Part shown: positions 62,036 through 64,000 of the stretch, piece by piece | How the letters are laid out: each line of letters opens with the position of its first letter | Position numbering within the stretch: the stretch's first letter is position 1 | From: Yuukianura sp. NJ FZ-2021 | Lineage: Eukaryota | Reading direction: 5' to 3' | DNA length: 64,000 nt | Assembly (NCBI GenBank): GCA_046563655.1 | Contig: CM102286.1 | Location: 9,548,001 to 9,612,000, forward strand | Notes under the pieces: model-generated | Told to the model about the DNA's origin: nothing | Database searches by the model: none | The model's input: the letters and a program-made list of their open reading frames with translations, nothing else | Program-made: the position numbers and the translations under genes

Positions 62036-64000
62036 TTATTGAATGTTCTTGGTGATCCATGCGAGGAAGTCAGTCACACGGGAATAACTATAAAAATGTA
62101 TTAAAAATTAATTAATTGCATATAATTAAATACATTATTTTCCAACTTACACTCCGGGGAACCTTCCACATCCGATGCCCCATGAGACAATTCCGATTTG
62201 TTCAAAATAATTTCCAGATTTGTGTGACATTAGTGGACCGCCAGAGTCTCCGCGACAAGCGTCGCGACTGTACGACCCAGCGCACATCTAAAATTCAAAA
62301 AAGAAAGTCAGGCATCATCTTTTTGTTGAAATTTTTCAAAATTTTGAAAGTTCACACCATGTGCTCAGTGATTCCACCGGGAGCCTGGTGACCATACTTC
62401 TGTCTGCATTTTTCGTTTGTCCAAATGTCAATTTTGACTTCACGTAATGTTGAAGGTTGTCCTCCATGTTCACTTATGCTTCCCCATCCTGAAGAAATTC
62501 AAAAATATTTGAAAGTTCTGGTTTTAAAAACGCGAAATTTTCAAAATTTCGATCTCTTCTCACCTGCTACAACTGCTTCCTCGTTTGCAAAACGATTCTA
62601 TCCTTTTGTAAGACAAATTGGTGCAATGTAATTTGAAAATGTAACTGGGCTGTCTAGTTTCATTACAGCCACATCATTGTGCTAAAAAAGTAAAAAAAAA
62701 ATCAAAGATACATCATATTCATAACAACAAATTTCAATTTTTAATTGTCTTACGAGCGTTTGATGACTAAAGTATCGATGTCTGACGAGTCTTGCAACTT
62801 TTTTGACGACTGTCGTTTGTGAAAGTTGATGAATGTTGTGTGCTCCTAGGAGGACGCGAACCCTCGCAACATCATGAGCCTGCATGTGACTAACACAGTG
62901 CTAAATTAACAAAATGCGGAAATAATTAGTTAATTGATTAAATACAATTAATTGACACCTTTTAATCAAGTAAATTTGAATACTACACTTACTGCTGCAG
63001 TCAGAACATGCTGACTGTCAATTAACGACCCACCACAAAATCTGCAATAAAATTGTGCAAAAACTCAATTTAACAAAAAATACCTTACAAAAATCATGCT
63101 TTTCCAAAAATTTCAAAAGTTCAAAATTTTAGAACACAAAAAATTCAGAATTTGTAACTCACTGCTTGTGCCCGTTCATTAACGCCACCTAAAAATAAAA
63201 CATATAATTGTAACCTCGTTTATAAGTAAAATATTTAGGTTTGTGCCATCGCATCGGTTAGAAGACAGAAACTATTATGTAAACGGCGTTTTCCTTCAAC
63301 AACGTTTAAAACGAAAGGTGCTGATGCAAAATTACGTGTTTGTTTGCTGTTGATGTAATACGTTTTATATGCAATGAAATGAAAAACATACAATCCATGG
63401 ATATTTGCCAGCAACAGCCTCCGTTCCACCGACAATTTTGGAAATGCCGCAACTGGATCCAACGAGTGGTCGAGCCGTTGTTGTTTTGAGTTGTCCTGGA
63501 CTAATTGTCGGAGGGCGGTGACCGAACGGCCTCAACTGTTGTGGAAAGTACCGAACCGTCGTTGTGTACCGAGTCGACGGAACCGTTGTTGTGTACCGTG
63601 TCGACGGAACCGTTGTTGTGTACCGTGTCGACGGAACCGTTGTTGTGTACCGTGTCGACGGAACCGTTGTTGTGTACCGTGTCGACGGAACCGTTGTTGT
63701 GTACCGTGTCCATGCTACGGCTGTGGTCGTCGTCGTTGAAGTTGTCGTCGTCGTTGTTGGAGGTGGGCGAGGTTGACACTGGTTTCGGCTGTTGTTTCGA
63801 ATCCTCCTTTGGACAGCAAATCAGCTTCCTTCGAAACTCAGCGTCTATAACATTTTAAAAAACGAACACTAGTTTCACAACTAAAGCTTCATCAGAATTT
63901 AGCGTCAAAATTTTGGAAGAAGTGGTTACCGGCTTTAAACAGGAACTGATTTGCAATTTCCTCGGGAGCGTCACATGGACCGCTGACCTGTGACCTCAAA
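62036..64000 (-). pseudogene. CLIP-domain trypsin-like serine protease, disrupted as assembled (exons >64000-63930, 63844-63392, 63188-63163, 63041-62993, 62900-62754, 62681-62564, 62488-62358, 62287-62151, 62087-62036)
   Basis: ICCP (clip end), Thr-rich linker, [44 protein letters not shown] and YSRVTDFLAWI. All introns are GT-AG and in phase. There is an in-frame TAG at 62600-62598 and a frameshift between ~63820 and 63760. Confidence 0.85.
63553..63710. repeat. 27-bp coding tandem repeat (~5.5 copies) encoding TRYTTTVPS in the protease linker
   Basis: GTTGTTGTGTACCGTGTCGACGGAACC is repeated nearly perfectly, in frame with IVGG on the minus strand. Confidence 0.92.

Noticed and set aside
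63501..63779. Asp/Asn-rich (DTVHNNGSV)n ORF as a separate protein
   Set aside because: It is the alternative frame of the protease linker repeat, reached only because of the frameshift, and it terminates before the protease domain.

Overview
This is eukaryotic DNA from an arthropod-like, AT-rich genome with short GT-AG introns; the species cannot be determined from sequence alone. It falls into three zones. (1) 1-23474 is about 106 head-to-tail copies of a 218-228 bp satellite with mosaic variants and local higher-order repeats; all the 61-67 aa ORFs there are satellite artefacts. (2) 23.5-46 kb is transposon-dense. It holds fragments of two broken clan-3 cytochrome P450 genes (one apparently internally inverted), Helitron/Helentron-like elements, several MITEs with TSDs and a tRNA-derived tandem repeat. 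It also holds an intact CR1/L2-group LINE whose ORF1 and ORF2 are in frame across a single UGA-CUA stop, and a 5'-truncated LINE with a 14-bp TSD that carries an extra ORF for a small signal-peptide plus single-pass membrane protein downstream of its RT. (3) After a 100-N gap comes a gene-containing zone: the N-terminal exons of fusilli/ESRP, a secreted parallel beta-helix protein (HGT candidate), a 7SL RNA gene, two hAT-type MITEs and a CLIP-domain serine protease with a frameshift and a premature stop. The best novelty candidates are the LINE-borne membrane-protein ORF and the readthrough-type ORF1-ORF2 junction.
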